NCBI GenBank assembly: GCA_965219995.1
Contig: CBDCOX010000002.1
Coordinates: 2,208,001-2,272,000 of the forward strand
DNA: 64,000 nucleotides
Source of the DNA: Candidatus Latescibacterota bacterium
GTDB taxonomy: Bacteria > Latescibacterota > UBA2968 > GCA-2709665
Reading direction: 5' to 3'
Shown here piece by piece: positions 62,640-64,000 of the stretch. The notes beneath the pieces were generated by a model. That model did not search any database. It had not been told where the DNA came from and was given only the letters and a program-made list of their open reading frames with translations. Made by a program: the position numbers and the translations under genes. How positions within the stretch are numbered: the first letter of the stretch is position 1; each line of letters opens with the position of its first letter.

Positions 62640-64000
62640 GTGAAGTACAAAGTACTCTCCACGACCGGATCGACGCGGGGAACCGCGTACACGATGAGCA
62701 ACAAGATCCTGACTCACGCCGGCAAGACCCACGTGGCGTGGCTGGACCAGATCTGCAAGATATACGTGCGCACCTACCATCACAGGACCAGGCGCTGGGC
62801 AAAACCCGTCTACGTCGGAACCGGCGACGACAACCACGCCGGCGCCGCGTTTGCGATGGATTCAAGGGGATACCTCCATCTGGCGTTCGGACCCCATCAC
62901 AATCCGATCCGGCACGTCGTGAGCAAGCGGCCCAATACGTCGACGTCGTGGGTGGAACAGCCTTCGTTCGGGGGCACGACGGCGACCTATCCGAGCCTCG
63001 TCTGCGACGCCGGCGATACGTTGCACGCCTGTTACCGCGGGTCTTACGCGGCGGAGCGTCCATGGTCGCTGGTCTATCAGAAAAAGCCAAAGGGCGGCGA
63101 ATGGACGGACCCGGTCAAGCTCGTGGACCCCGAAGGACCGCCTGCGTACACGCAGTTTGAGAACGCGTTACATATCGACAGGGGCGGGACGCTGTTTCTG
63201 GCCTACCATATCGTGAGGGCGACCGGAACCGACTACAACGATATACGCGGCCGGGGGTTCGGCGTGATGCGATCCCGAGACGGAGGCGAGAACTGGGAGA
63301 CCGTGGACGGACGCGCGCTGGATCTCCCCACAAATCCGGCTTCGCCGTGCGTCTTCGAATTCGATGAGGGTCTCGACGTCCGCATGGGCAACGTCGTGAC
63401 CGGCGGCAGGGGATCGCTCTGCTATACGCTGAATCGCAGGGAAGGAGGCGCGGCGGAGACGTATTTATACACCTGGAGAAAGGACGACTGGCGGGTCGTT
63501 TCGCTGATGCCGGAGGCCGAGCGGCTCTTCGGACCGTGCGAAATGTCGGACGTGTGCGCGCTCAGCATTGCGGACGACGGCGTCATCTACGCCGCGGTCC
63601 CGGTCTGCGGTCGGGGCGGCGGTTGGTCGGACTCCAGCAACGAGATCGCGTTGTTTACCTCCCGCGACGGCGGCGAGACATTCTCGGGCTACAAAATATC
63701 GTCGGACGAGCCGGACGCCTCGAACTGGCTGCCCTCACTCGAACGGCAGACCGGTCACAACCGGGTGGACGTACCAGACCTGGTCTATACGCACGGCCAT
63801 ATCGGCGAGGGGTGCAGCCCGGATATCGATACAGAGATTCGGCACGTATCGCTGGCCGGCGTCGCGGATGCGGAAGCGAGCGCCGTAGACGCGCGGATCG
63901 CAGGGGCCGAACAACTGAGCGGAATCCGTTTTACCCGGGAACAGCGTGGAAAAATGCGACGGGACGTCGAGCAATATCGACTCCGGTACCGCGAACTCCG
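62640..64000 (+). CDS. BNR-4/Asp-box propeller protein, partial (open to the window end), with a further C-terminal domain
   Basis: My translation from GTG 62640 is stop-free: ..THVAWLD..DDNHAGAAFAMDSRGYLHLAFGPH..TYPSL..SRDGGENW..SRDGGETF; absent from the ORF track. Confidence 0.85.
   Translation, partial: MKYKVLSTTGSTRGTAYTMSNKILTHAGKTHVAWLDQICKIYVRTYHHRTRRWAKPVYVGTGDDNHAGAAFAMDSRGYLHLAFGPHHNPIRHVVSKRPNTSTSWVEQPSFGGTTATYPSLVCDAGDTLHACYRGSYAAERPWSLVYQKKPKGGEWTDPVKLVDPEGPPAYTQFENALHIDRGGTLFLAYHIVRATGTDYNDIRGRGFGVMRSRDGGENWETVDGRALDLPTNPASPCVFEFDEGLDVRMGNVVTGGRGSLCYTLNRREGGAAETYLYTWRKDDWRVVSLMPEAERLFGPCEMSDVCALSIADDGVIYAAVPVCGRGGGWSDSSNEIALFTSRDGGETFSGYKISSDEPDASNWLPSLERQTGHNRVDVPDLVYTHGHIGEGCSPDIDTEIRHVSLAGVADAEASAVDARIAGAEQLSGIRFTREQRGKMRRDVEQYRLRYREL

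Overview
High-GC bacterial chromosome segment. N-terminal dockerin/EF-hand tags, LRR and sulfatase-fold genes and sigma-54 regulators suggest a Latescibacterota/Gemmatimonadota-like, possibly host-associated organism; this is inference only. Positions 1-31 kb are mostly housekeeping: a pspA operon, LysM amidase, copA, thiL, hisA, an RND permease, arfB, an S1 protein, a dipeptidase, rlpA-pyrD-pyrK-TPR-split carB-nnr, tRNA-Ser x2-gltX-tRNA-Gln, add and prs. Positions 31.5-48.5 kb are an accessory region. It holds a dockerin-LRR-FG-GAP protein, a patchwork of Fic/VapC/Phd/Rpn fragments, and a repeat-bracketed array of five paralogous secreted helical+Cys-rich+MORN-repeat proteins. It ends with a divergent pair: a pseudo-receiver-AraC regulator and a membrane-less beta-propeller/Y_Y_Y/sigma-54 activator. 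Positions 48.7-64 kb hold glnS, an OM beta-barrel with a sigma-54 promoter, an RHH-PIN toxin-antitoxin pair, manA and a catabolic cluster (two Thr-type sulfatase-fold enzymes, an oxidoreductase, a C45 Ntn-hydrolase and a BNR-4 protein running off the end). The best candidates for something undescribed are the polymorphic MORN-protein array with its neighbouring regulators, the unusual Psp operon (PspA + TM/winged-helix partner + duplicated PspB-like modules + Ser-less STAS) and the self-nested REP-like repeats. No CRISPR array, rRNA, integrase or intact transposase was seen. All family calls are by-eye motif recognition, not database hits.
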